Under the pieces are notes generated by a model. That model made no database searches. It was not told where the DNA came from and saw only the letters and a program-made list of their open reading frames with translations. 64,000 nt of DNA. Source: Eledone cirrhosa. Taxonomy: Eukaryota. Positions 1 through 10,957 of the stretch are shown here, piece by piece. Both the position numbers and the translations under genes were made by a program. Position 1 is the stretch's first letter. Every line of letters starts with the position of its first letter. The stretch covers positions 362,576,001 through 362,640,000 of the forward strand of contig OZ024742.1 of NCBI GenBank assembly GCA_964016885.1, given 5' to 3'.

Positions 1-541
1 ATATATATATATACATACCGTATATGTGTAGCTATATATGTGTGTGTGTGTGTATACATATATATATACATGCATCCATAAATTGGATACACAAAAAATG
101 ACATAGAAGATGAATTGTAGTATAATCTGCTACAATATCGATTGCTCTGATATTTTTAAGAATTCGATCAATGAAAAAATACATAACTACCATTTTTGTT
201 TAAATCTCTCATAATTTTACGTCTGTCTTTATCAAATATGAAGTACTGTATATATTCCCCTTGTTTGTTACAATCTGGATGTCATAATTCTGACAGTCAC
301 TTTACTTGGGCTATATTATAGGATTAGGCATTAGTTTGATTCCTGCAACTCATATTTCCTTTTGACTCAACACAACAATATTTTCAGATGATTTCATGAC
401 TGTGACACATTCTCTAGTGGCAATCTGGTGCTCTCCACTACCAGCCCAGGCTCTGATACTAGTCAGGCTGAAGAGGGCAATCTGTTCAAGTATTGTCAGA
501 ATTCTGATAGGTTTGTTGTAGGGCCTCCCACACCACATCCT

Positions 542-1044
542 TACTCACTAGTATCGGAGCGGAGTTGACCTGCGGATCTCCTTACTACTCACTGTTATTG
601 GAGCGGAGTTGACCCGCGGATCGCCTTGCTACTCACTGGTATCGGAGCGGAGTTTACCTACGGATCACCTTGCTACTCACTGGTATCGGAGCGGAGTTGA
701 CCCGCGGATCACCTTGCTACTCACTGGTATTGGAGCGGAGTTGACCCGCGGATCACCTCGCCACTCACTGGCTGGTATAGCAGCGGAGTTGATCCGCGGA
801 TCACCTCGCCACTCACTGGCTGGTATTGGGGCGGAGTTGACCCTCGGATCACCTCGCTACTCACTGGTATTGGAATGGAGTTGACCCTCAGATCACCTTG
901 CTATTCACTGGTATTTGAGCGGAGTTTACCCGCGGATCACCTCGTTACTCACTGGTATTGGAGCGGAGTTGACCCGCGGATCACCTCGCTACTCACTGGT
1001 ATTGGAGCGGAGTTGACCCGCGGATCACTTTGCTACTCACTGGC
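542..1044. repeat. 44-bp GC-rich minisatellite, ~11 copies (two 48-bp variants)
   Basis: Unit TACTCACTGGTATYGGAGCGGAGTTGACCCGCGGATCACCTYGC recurs at 542, 586, 630, 674, 718, 762, 810, 858, 902, 946, 990, 1034; the copies at 762 and 810 carry a 4-bp insertion. Confidence 0.95.
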
Positions 1045-1348
1045 TGTCACGCATTTCCCCTTCTCACTCCATTTCCACTTGTTATTACTTCAAAGCCTTC
1101 TTTCTTTCACACGTATATAGCTGACTAAACAGACACATGCTTTCCTCATGTGAAACAAATGTTTCCCGTGTCTTCGTTTATTTATGCGCGTCTTCTATTT
1201 CCCCTTCGATATCTCAGGCTATATTCCGATGACGCACTAATGTCTGAAACCTTATGTTTTTTTCTCTACTATATGAAATGTTAAACTAATATATAGTATC
1301 TTTATACTGTATTATCCTCTTGGTTGTGTTTCCTTACTGAATTGTCTA

Positions 1349-1380
<32 letters not shown>

Positions 1381-1713
1381 GTATATATATATAAAGAGAG
1401 GGAGAGAGAAAATTACAAAAATATTATTTAAAAGACCATAATCGAAATGAGTGCGAATAACATTTATTGCGAAACTCTGGATTGTGGTGTCGTTTAATAT
1501 TTTTGTAATTTTCTATAGACACTACGTAAATAGTTAGAGTTGTGACGTATAAAACTACCACAGGAACTATCAATTTGAATAATTTGTCCGTTGAATAAAA
1601 CACTACTGAATACGGTCTTTGATTCTTATTGAACAATCAAATTAATTCGTTACACTAACGAATTGAATAATACTATCACTCTCTCTCTCTGTCTCTCTCC
1701 TTCCCTATCTCTT

Positions 1714-1773
<60 letters not shown>

Positions 1774-1774
<1 letters not shown>

Positions 1775-2003
1775 TATTAATTCAAAATATTAATAAATAT
1801 AGACATTCAACGTAATCAAAATATATTTTATTATATATATTTCGGAGGTACTGTGCTGCTTTTTGAGGTATGTCATGCATCAATTTATATATTTTATCTG
1901 ATGAGGACGTAGTGAAGAAACAGCACAGTACCTGCGATATATATATAATAAAATATATTTTGATTACGTTGAATGTCTATATTTATTAATATTTTGAATT
2001 AAT
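1774..2003. repeat. Inverted repeat (~88-bp arms, ~50-bp spacer) next to (TA)n, containing a degenerate hammerhead motif
   Basis: 1774-1862 is the reverse complement of ~1914-2003 (TTAATTCAAAATATTAATAAATATAGACATTCAACG / CGTTGAATGTCTATATTTATTAATATTTTGAATTAA). CTGATGA at 1898-1904. Confidence 0.9.
1890..1955 (+). ncRNA. Degenerate type I hammerhead ribozyme
   Basis: Stem I TATTTTAT/ATAAAATA flanks CTGATGA-(stem II)-GATA-TATATA-TA. GAAA is mutated to GATA in this arm but is intact (TTTC at 1840-1843) in the inverted arm. Confidence 0.55.
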
Positions 2004-2455
2004 ATTAATACCTCCAGAAAAAATGTTGAATGCTTCTAATCTATTGTAAAATTATATTCATTGATTAATCAATGAACCTTGTTTAACTTTTGGTTATATA
2101 TATATATAATATAGAAATGTCTTCTACTAGACTAGAACTCTCGGGATCCCGTGCTCCGGTTTACGTGAAACTTGTTTTATTCCATTTGTATTCCCATTTC
2201 AGAGGCAACTTCCTTTTCTTAAAAGTATTTTCCCATTATGTGCAGTTTGGGCTGTATTAAATAACAGACAAGCACACAACATAAACGATGCATTCTTATA
2301 CATGCGAAATTTCACAGCAAAATAGCTGACGGAACCCTCTGTGGGAATGGCACCTGGCATCTGTTGTTTATAGGACAACTGTATAGATCACTATCGTAAG
2401 GCGACTGCACAGACCAATATGTTATAATGACTGGATACATTATTATGTTATGATG

Positions 2456-4266
2456 ATAACATACATCACTGTGGTATAACTACATATATCAATGTGGTAT
2501 AACTACATAGATCACTGTGGTATAACTACATATATCACTGTGGTATGATAACTACATATATCACTGTGGTATGATACCTACATATATCACTGTGGTATAA
2601 CTACATATATCACTGTGGTATGATACCTACATATATCACTGTGGTATAACTACATAAATCACAGTTGTATAACTACATACATCACTGTGGTATAACTACA
2701 TATATCACTGTGGTATAACTACATATATCACTGTGGTATAACTACATACATAACTGTGGTATAACTACATATATCACTGTGGTATAACTACATATATCAC
2801 TGTGGTATAACTACATATATCACTATGGTATGATAACTACATATATCATTGTGGTATAACTAAATATATCACTGTAGTATAACTACATACATCACTGTGG
2901 TATAACTACATATATCACTGTGGTATAACTACATATATCACTGTGGTATGATACCTACATATATCACTGTGGTATAACTACATACATCACTGTGCTATAA
3001 CTACATATATCACTGTGGTATAACTACATATATCACTGTGGTATAACTACATATATCACTGAGGTATAACTATATATATCACTGTGGTATAACTACATAT
3101 ATCACTGTGGTATGATAACTACATATATCACAATGGTATAACTACAGATATCACTGTGGTATAACTACATATATCACTATGGTATGATAACTACACATAT
3201 CACTGTGGTATAACTACATATATCACTGTGGTATAACTACATATATCACTGTCGTATAAATACATATTTCACTGTGGTATAACTACATATAGCCATGAGG
3301 TATAACTACATATATCACTGTGGTATAACTACATATATCACTGTGGTATAACTACATATATCACTGTGGTATGATAACTACATATATCACTGTGGTATAA
3401 CTACATACATAACTGTGGTATAACTACGTATATCACTGTGGTATAACTACATATATCACTATGGTATGATAACTACATATACCACTGTGGTATAACTGCA
3501 TACATCACTGTGGTATAACTACATATATCACTGTGGTATAACTACATATATGACTGTGGTATAACTACATATATCACTGTGGTATAACTACATATACCAC
3601 TATGGTATAACTACATATATCACTGTGGTATAACTACATATACCACTGTGGTATAACTACATATACCACTATGGTATAACTACATATATCACTGTGGTAT
3701 AACTACATATATCACTGTGGTATAACTACATATACCACTGTGGTATAACTACATATACCACTGTGGTATAACTACATATATCACTGTGGTATGATAACTA
3801 CATATACCACTGTGGTATAACTACATATACCACTGTGGTATAACTACATATACCACTGTGGTATAACTACATATATCACTATGGTACAACTACATATATC
3901 ACTGTGGTATAAGTACATATATCACTATGGTATAACTACATATATCACTGTGGTATAACTACATATATCACTGTGGTATAACTACATATATCACTGTGGT
4001 ATGATAACTACATATACCACTGTGGTATAACTACATATACCACTGTGGTATAACTACATATATCACTGTCGTATAAATACATATTTCACTGTGGCATAAC
4101 TACATATAGCCATGAGGTATAACTACATATATCAATGTGGTATAACTACATATATCAGTGTGGTATGATAATTACATATATCACTGTGGTATAACTACAT
4201 ATATCACTGTGGTATAACTACATATATCACTATGGTATGATAATTACATATATCACTATGGTATAA
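2456..4266. repeat. 23-bp minisatellite ACTACATATATCACTGTGGTATA (~78 copies, with 26-bp TGA-insertion variants)
   Basis: Direct reading of the tandem unit. Confidence 0.97.
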
Positions 4267-4677
4267 CAAGCCAACAAATTTAAAAATTTGTTCCTATCTA
4301 AATGGTTTATTTATTATACCGCAATGCTCTTGTCACCTTCATGTCCCATAACGATCAGTGAAGGATGTTAATTTGATAACTGGGGGTTAAGTAATAGCCT
4401 CCTTTTCGCTAAAATTGGGGACCAGATTGCAGTTCAATCTAGTAAGCTACTTTATACACAGAACCCGAAACATGGAATATATTGTCTTAACTCTAGTTTT
4501 CCCTCGTATATTTCTAACTTGCATTGTACTAGCTTTCCTAAAACAATTTTATCCACATATAAAGAAAGCTTTATTTATAGGAGACATTTGACATCGGAAT
4601 TTAGCTGGTTAATGTAAAACAGATGGAAAAACCTTAATTTTATTTGATTCGAAATTCGTTTGCGTTTCTTCTTTCAG

Positions 4678-4736
4678 AATCTCCATTCAACACCTTGCAT
4701 GCTTTGCTTGATTCAGTCTACGAATTGTTTGAGTTG
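4678..4736 (+). CDS. Candidate isolated 59-bp internal exon (reads (E)SPFNTLHALLDSVYELFEL)
   Basis: Polypyrimidine tract + CAG acceptor (TTTCTTCTTTCAG), open frame, donor TTG|GTAGGA. No homology recognised and no partner exons identified. Confidence 0.25.
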
Positions 4737-5862
4737 GTAGGAAGGGGCGATTTATTACGTACTAAAACCTCTGAATAGAAGAAAATTATATCAGTTATCT
4801 GTCAACCGTTAAAGAAAATCGAAATAAAATAGCATGAAGAGTTCATGCTGTTATAGGAAGACACATATATTAGAATAAATGTGCACCACTGCAATTGGAA
4901 TCTTATTTTACACTTCATTTTCTTGCTAATATGTTTATCTTTAATGTATCTTATACAATGGAATTTTCATCACTGGCTAACCACTTGAGAAGGAACGCAA
5001 TATCGCTGTAGCAATAATTCAAGCACAAATATTTTTATTCTAGTTTGTCAGTGAAATATATTATTAATATCTTCATCGCATAGATAAGAAAATATATAAA
5101 GATATAATCAAAGCTAAAAGTGGTCTTCGCTTTATATATATCATTTCATAACATCAATATGCAGTGCAATTCAAAATGGCTGCTTATCCTTTTAACTCAG
5201 TGTCGTCACTGTTATTGATAAATGTAATGTAATTAGAATTACATACATTGCAATGAAGAAGTCTTAAAGCCATCTTCTGATCTACGATTCACCAACTATT
5301 TTAGATGTAAATCAGTGTAACGTCCTAGATATGATAACAACATTCTGTTTGAGAGAGAAAATTTGAAACTCGTAGTTATGTGTTAGTTGACTGAACTATT
5401 TGTAAATGAAGAATTCAATTTATTTGATGGTGTTGTTATTGGGTATGTTATTTAAACGAATGTTTCAGAAGAGGTATTTGATGTCACTGTAGTCTATCAT
5501 TTATAATAGTTGTAAGGGAGGTAAGGGTCATCCGTCTATTATATAACATTGAAAAACCTTTCCTTGAAGTCTGCAGCAACGATATTTAAACGATAGAGAA
5601 ATGTTAGATAAACTTCCTATAGAAATCAATAGACTTGAGAAGAATCAATCAATAGTAGGTTGAGGAGAGAATATACGGATATGTTTAGCATGTCATTAAT
5701 GAAGCTAATGCAATCCAGGGTTTTCTCAATCCTGTTGGAGACCCCCCTTCCTCTGGTTGACTGCCACCACATTCTGTTGGATTTGGTCGTGTCAAATGTG
5801 CAGCAATACTTACTATGCTTGGCCAATTGCAGGTTGGTGAGGCGATCTATCCCATGGTTGTG

Positions 5863-5879
5863 ACACACACACACACTGG

Positions 5880-5936
<57 letters not shown>

Positions 5937-5947
5937 ACGCACACGCA

Positions 5948-6031
<84 letters not shown>

Positions 6032-6060
6032 TATATATATGTATATATATATATATATAT
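5863..6060. repeat. (CA)n followed by (TA)n microsatellite
   Basis: Direct reading. Confidence 0.97.
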
Positions 6061-6074
6061 TCTTTTTTACATTT

Positions 6075-6950
6075 TTACCTGCCCCAGCCATCCGACTGAG
6101 GCCATGCCGGGGCACCGCCCTTGTTGCTACTCCAGCCTGTGTTGGCTGGCCATTGGTGTAAGAGGGAGTTCGTTGCTGCTGCCCTTAGTTTACTTTCGTA
6201 CCGTGCTGTGAGCTTATCCAGAATCCTGGATAGCAGGGTGTCAAGATGTTTCTTGAAAACATTCACGTCCACACCATGCAGATCTCTCAGATCCCTCGGC
6301 AGCTTGTTGAAGATTGAGGGCCCTTGAACCCCAGGCTATTGCAATATCTGCTCCCTATTCTAGATGTGGATGTGGGGAACTTTGGCACCACACAGTGACG
6401 TCCTGTTCGGGGGTTGGTCCAGCTGTCAATGTCAAAGTTTGGTGCTAGTCCCTCCAGGATTTTCCATATGTATATCACTGCGTATCTCTCCCATCTTCGT
6501 TCCAAGGAGTAGAGGTTCAGTTCTTTTAGTCTCTCCCAGTAACTTATCTCCTTCATCGTCGCAATCCTCTTGGTGTAGCTTCGTTGGATTGCCTCAAGCT
6601 CGGTGGTTAGTTTGATACTATGGGGTGACCACAGCTGGGAGCAATAGTCCAGGTGGCTTAGGTCAAATGTCCTTCATAGTATCAACATGGTCTCTCGGTC
6701 TCTTGCCCGGAAAGTTCTCAAGATCCAGCCAGCGAGTCGTCTGCACATTGTCGCCACACTCATGATGTGTGAAGAAAAAGCTGCATCTTCGTTCATGTCT
6801 ATTCCCAGGTCTCGTATCGATTTCGATACGCGAATGTCGATCACTCCTGGTTCGGTGTAACTGTGTTGTATTGTATTTGTGTTTGCAGGTTAGTATTGTA
6901 GGGCTTAAAATGTTCGAGTATTAAACAGCATGTTGTTGTCCTCAGCCCCC
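6075..6950 (-). mobile_element. 3' fragment of a CR1/L2-group LINE (C-terminal RT region, decayed)
   Basis: Minus-strand translation fragments LDYCSQLWSPHSIK..LEAIQRSYTKRI and YWERLKELNLYSLERR.ERYAVIYIWKILEGLAPN, typical of the CR1-like ORF2 C-terminus; frameshifted. Confidence 0.8.
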
Positions 6951-8106
6951 ATATGTATATATATATATATATATATTACAGGGCCTTCTCACTCCTAATA
7001 ATGGAACCCTCCTTGCTTGACCTCCACCACTTCCTGTTTGGTTCTGGTCATGTTAGGAGTGTGGCCGTACCCATCACGCTTGGTCAATTGCAGCTTGGTC
7101 AGTCTATTTAATCCATAGTTGGGGTGGATGGCCGTTGACTCTAAGTAATTTACCCACCCTTTTTACGGCTCTTGTTTTTTTGTGTGATGCGGGGTTTTCA
7201 CTTACCCCGCTCACCAGGCCTGGGTTTAGTGGCGGAGCCGATTTAGTTGTAGTTGCCTGTCACTCGTCTATGAAGCAGGTTGCACTGGGTCGTATGGTAC
7301 CAGTAGCAGTCACAAGCTTGGCCTGACCATTAGTTAATGGGGGGGGGGGCAAGAATGAGGATGGGAAAGAGAGTGAGAATTCAAGCAGTTTGTGAAATGG
7401 TATTTCGAGAGATTGCTATTGAAAGAAGTAAATTTTTGCTCCCAGTTATTATGTTGGGACATGGACTAAGGGGAAATATGTCTAGTCGTAAGGGTTTGGC
7501 TATTTTAGAATTAGTTTCTAAAGACAGATTATTTTTGAGTCACATAAAATGAAGGCGAAAGACAATGGTGACGTTTGAAATACAATAGATCATTAAGGAG
7601 AAAATTATTGAGTTAAGACAAAGTGGCAGAATGTCAGATAGAATGTTTTGTGGTATCTTCCAGCACTGATTTCTCAGTAACTCGCTGACATCAACTTTAC
7701 ATTTCGTCATTTCGAGGACGATACAAAAGTACCAGTCAACTACTGGTATCGATTTTCCCTATCTCTCTTTCTCTCTGTATATCTATTTAACTCTCTCCCT
7801 CAATCTAAATTTATGTATGTATGTATATATGTATGTATGTATATTCTTCTGGTTTTATAATTTCACAAAGTTTTACCAATAGAGAGAGAGTCGGTTTCTA
7901 GCATAGACACAAGACTCTCTCATTGGAATTTACACAACATCAACTAGGTAGATATGTATGTATGCATGCATGTGTAGATATGGATGTTATTGTATGTTTT
8001 GAGTTGTATGTGTGCATGTGTATATGCTTTGCATCTGTACATGTGTATATGCAGTTATTAGATGCAACATTTCTGGAATGTTTTACATATTTTTACTGTT
8101 CCATTA

Positions 8107-8169
8107 ATGTATGTATGTATGTATGTATGTATGTATGTATGTATGTATGTATGTATATATGTATATATG

Positions 8170-8257
<88 letters not shown>

Positions 8258-8340
8258 AATATATATACATATATATATTTATATATATTCGTGTGTGTTT
8301 GCACGTGTGTGTATGGGGGTATGTATGTGTATGTGTGTAT
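8107..8340. repeat. (ATGT)n / (TA)n compound microsatellite
   Basis: Direct reading. Confidence 0.95.
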
Positions 8341-8344
8341 GACA

Positions 8345-8495
8345 GAATACTGCAGTTTCCCTCTACCAAATTACACTCCCAATGCATTGGTCAGCACAGA
8401 CTATAGTAGAAGATACTTGCCGAAGGTGTCACTCAGCTACATGCCCGAACTCAAGACACCCGTAGGGGCGAAGTCATTTCAACCACGTTGTGCGA
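8345..8495 (-). mobile_element. Decayed tRNA-derived SINE-like fragment (octopus-type)
   Basis: CTACCAAATT.CACTC.CAA.GCATTGGTC.GC...G.CTATAGTAGAAGATACTTGCC.AAGGTG.CAC resembles the antisense of a common Octopus SINE; from recall, not searched. Confidence 0.55.
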
Positions 8496-8592
8496 ATTGT
8501 TAAATTTCTCACATAAGTTTCAACGTTGCGATAACTTATTACATTTTGTGTCAATCTCATCTATGGTGCGTGGCTATAATAGAACAGAAAAG

Positions 8593-8644
8593 GGGTTTCT
8601 TGGGGGATTTAATGATAGGAATCATTAAATCCCCCAAGAAACCC
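8593..8644. repeat. Perfect 24-bp hairpin with 4-nt loop
   Basis: GGGTTTCTTGGGGGATTTAATGAT-AGGA-ATCATTAAATCCCCCAAGAAACCC. Confidence 0.95.
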
Positions 8645-8648
8645 TTTA

Positions 8649-8970
8649 ATCACTAAATCTTTGAATAGGCCAGCTAAACTGTATCATTAAACCTTTGGAG
8701 GGGCCAGCGAAATTATATAGGTGTGAGCTGTAACAACAATATTATAAAACTGGAATCCCTATCACCAAATCTTTGGAGGGGCCAGCTAAACTGTATAGGT
8801 GTTAGCTGTAACAACAATTTTATAAGACTGGAACCCCATCATTAAATCTTTGGAGGGGCCAGCTAAACTGTATAGGTGTGAGCTGTGACAACAGTATAAT
8901 TTAACACTGAGGCCCTATCATTAAATCTTTGGAGGGGGCCAGCTAAACTATATGGGTGTGAGTTGTAAAT
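8649..8970. repeat. ~78-bp tandem repeat (~3.7 copies plus a short leading unit)
   Basis: ATCATTAAATCTTTGGAGGGGCCAGCTAAACTGTATAGGTGTGAGCTGTAAC... recurs at 8684, 8761, 8838, 8917. Confidence 0.9.
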
Positions 8971-9574
8971 TAAGTTTTCATTTCATTAGATACATGCAAT
9001 GATTCTGCTAATATATTTCCAGATAAGATTGAAATAATCAGAAATTATAGTAAGATATTACACTGAAAATATTGAATTTTCACCATGAAATTAAACGCCT
9101 TCATTAAAATATTTTCTCTGTCTTGGGCTTATAATCACCACACAGAAACGAAATATAATTATCTGCCTTCTTTTATTGTTGCTGCTGCTTTTGTTTTTGT
9201 TGTTATTATTGTAGTTGTTATCGCTATTGTGGGCGTTGTTGTTGATGTTATTGCTTTCATTGTGTTTATTGTTGAAATGTTTGATGTTGCTGTTGTGATT
9301 ATTGTTTTTATTATTGTTGCTGTAGTGGCGGTTTATGTTGTTTTAGTTGTGACTGTTGCTGTAGATGCCATTGTTGTTGTAGTTACGTTGCCAAAGGTAT
9401 GGTAAATATATTAAAAAACACACAGTAACTCTCTTCCTGTTTAATATTTAAACTGTGTTCATACATTTATCATTGTATATTTATTTCTGTTCAACAATAA
9501 AAATGGTGCAATCAAGGCAACACAATTGTCCGGAACAGAGAATAAGGTCATGTGTGGCAGAGAATATATTCCAT

Positions 9575-9752
9575 TATCTCATAATGGCAGCATCGGTAGA
9601 GCGTCGGACATGCTCTGGGTACTTTATGTTCTGAGTTCAAATCCCTCCAAGGTTAACTTTGCTTTCAACCTTACGGGGTTGATAAAATAAAGTACCAGTA
9701 ATGTACTGGTAATTGCTGGCCTTGTGCCTATAGTAGAAACAATTATTATTAC
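9575..9752 (+). mobile_element. tRNA-derived SINE-like element (octopus-type) with B-box and (ATT)n tail
   Basis: B-box-like GAGTTCAAATCC, followed by AACTTTGCTTTCAACCTT.CGGGGTTGATAAAATAAAGTACCAGT and an ATTATTATT tail; family assignment from recall. Confidence 0.6.
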
Positions 9753-10084
9753 CATTATTATGGCGATGGATTGCCTATATCGGTAGAGCGCCGGACAACA
9801 TGCCCTACCCTTCATATTGCTGTCCTAAAACAGAAATTATAATTTCCCGGAAAACCTGAAACAGATTCAGTATTAAACCTAGTTTATATTCCTCCTCCTT
9901 CCAAACTTTACAATTATAATTGTTGTACTTTTTGGTTTTGTTGCAGTTTTTCTTTAAATCAAACATGATTTATTTATATCTCAGCACATACATACGTTTA
10001 CACACATATACACATATATACACACATATACACATATATACACATACAAACATATACACACATACACACATATGCACACATACA

Positions 10085-10957
10085 TACCTACATACCTCCC
10101 TACCTACCTACCTACCTACCTACCTACCTACCTACCTACCTACCTACCTACCTACCTATCTACCTACCTATCTACCTACCAACCTCCCTACCTACCAACC
10201 TACCTACCTACCTACCTACCTACCTACCTACCTGCCAACCTACCTACCTACCTACCTACCTACCTACCTACCTACCTACCTACCTACCTACCTACCTACC
10301 TATCTATCTACCTACCAACCTACCTACCTACCTACCTACCTACCTACCTACCTACATACCTACCTACCTACCTACCTACCTACCTACATATCTACCCACC
10401 TACCTACCTACCTACCTACCTACCTGCCAACCTACCTACCTATCTACCTACCTACCTACCTACCTACCTACCTACCTATCTACCTACCAACCTCCCTCCC
10501 TACCTACCTACCTACCTACCTACCTACCTACCTATCTACCTACCAACCTCCCTCCCTACCTACCTACCTACCTACCTACCTACCTACCTACCTACCTACC
10601 TGTCAACCTACCTACCTATCTACCTACCTACCTACCTACCTACCTACCTACCTACCTACCTACCTACCTACCTATCTATCTACCTACCTACCTACCTAAC
10701 TACCTACCTACCTACCTACCTACATACATATCTACCCACCTACCTACCTACGTACCTACCTACCTACCTACCTACCTACCTACCTACCTACCTACCTACC
10801 TACCTACCTACCTACCTACCTACCTACCTGCCAACCTACCTACCTATCTACCTACCTACCTACATACCTACCTACCTACCTACCTACCTACCTACCTACC
10901 TACCTACCTACCTTCCTCCCTCCCTATCTACCTACCTTCCTCCCTCCCTATCTACCT
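10085..10957. repeat. (TACC)n microsatellite, block 1
   Basis: Direct reading. Confidence 0.98.

Noticed and set aside
350-538. 62-aa ORF / possible exon at 388-510
   Set aside because: No recognisable homology; splice signals and frame are ambiguous.
1118-1260. Two hammerhead-like strings (CTGACTA...ACATG/CATGT-GAAA-CAAATG-TT and CCGATGA...GAAAC)
   Set aside because: Core nucleotides are altered and stem I does not pair; may be decayed remnants but are not supportable.
7330-7735. Very old LINE RT remnant (F.DDTK-like string); similar hint at 5640-5860 minus (FINDM)
   Set aside because: Only one or two short motifs are visible; too degenerate to call.
9085-9405. Hydrophobic Val/Ile-rich 'membrane protein' ORF
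   Set aside because: Degenerate (GTT)n low-complexity tract.
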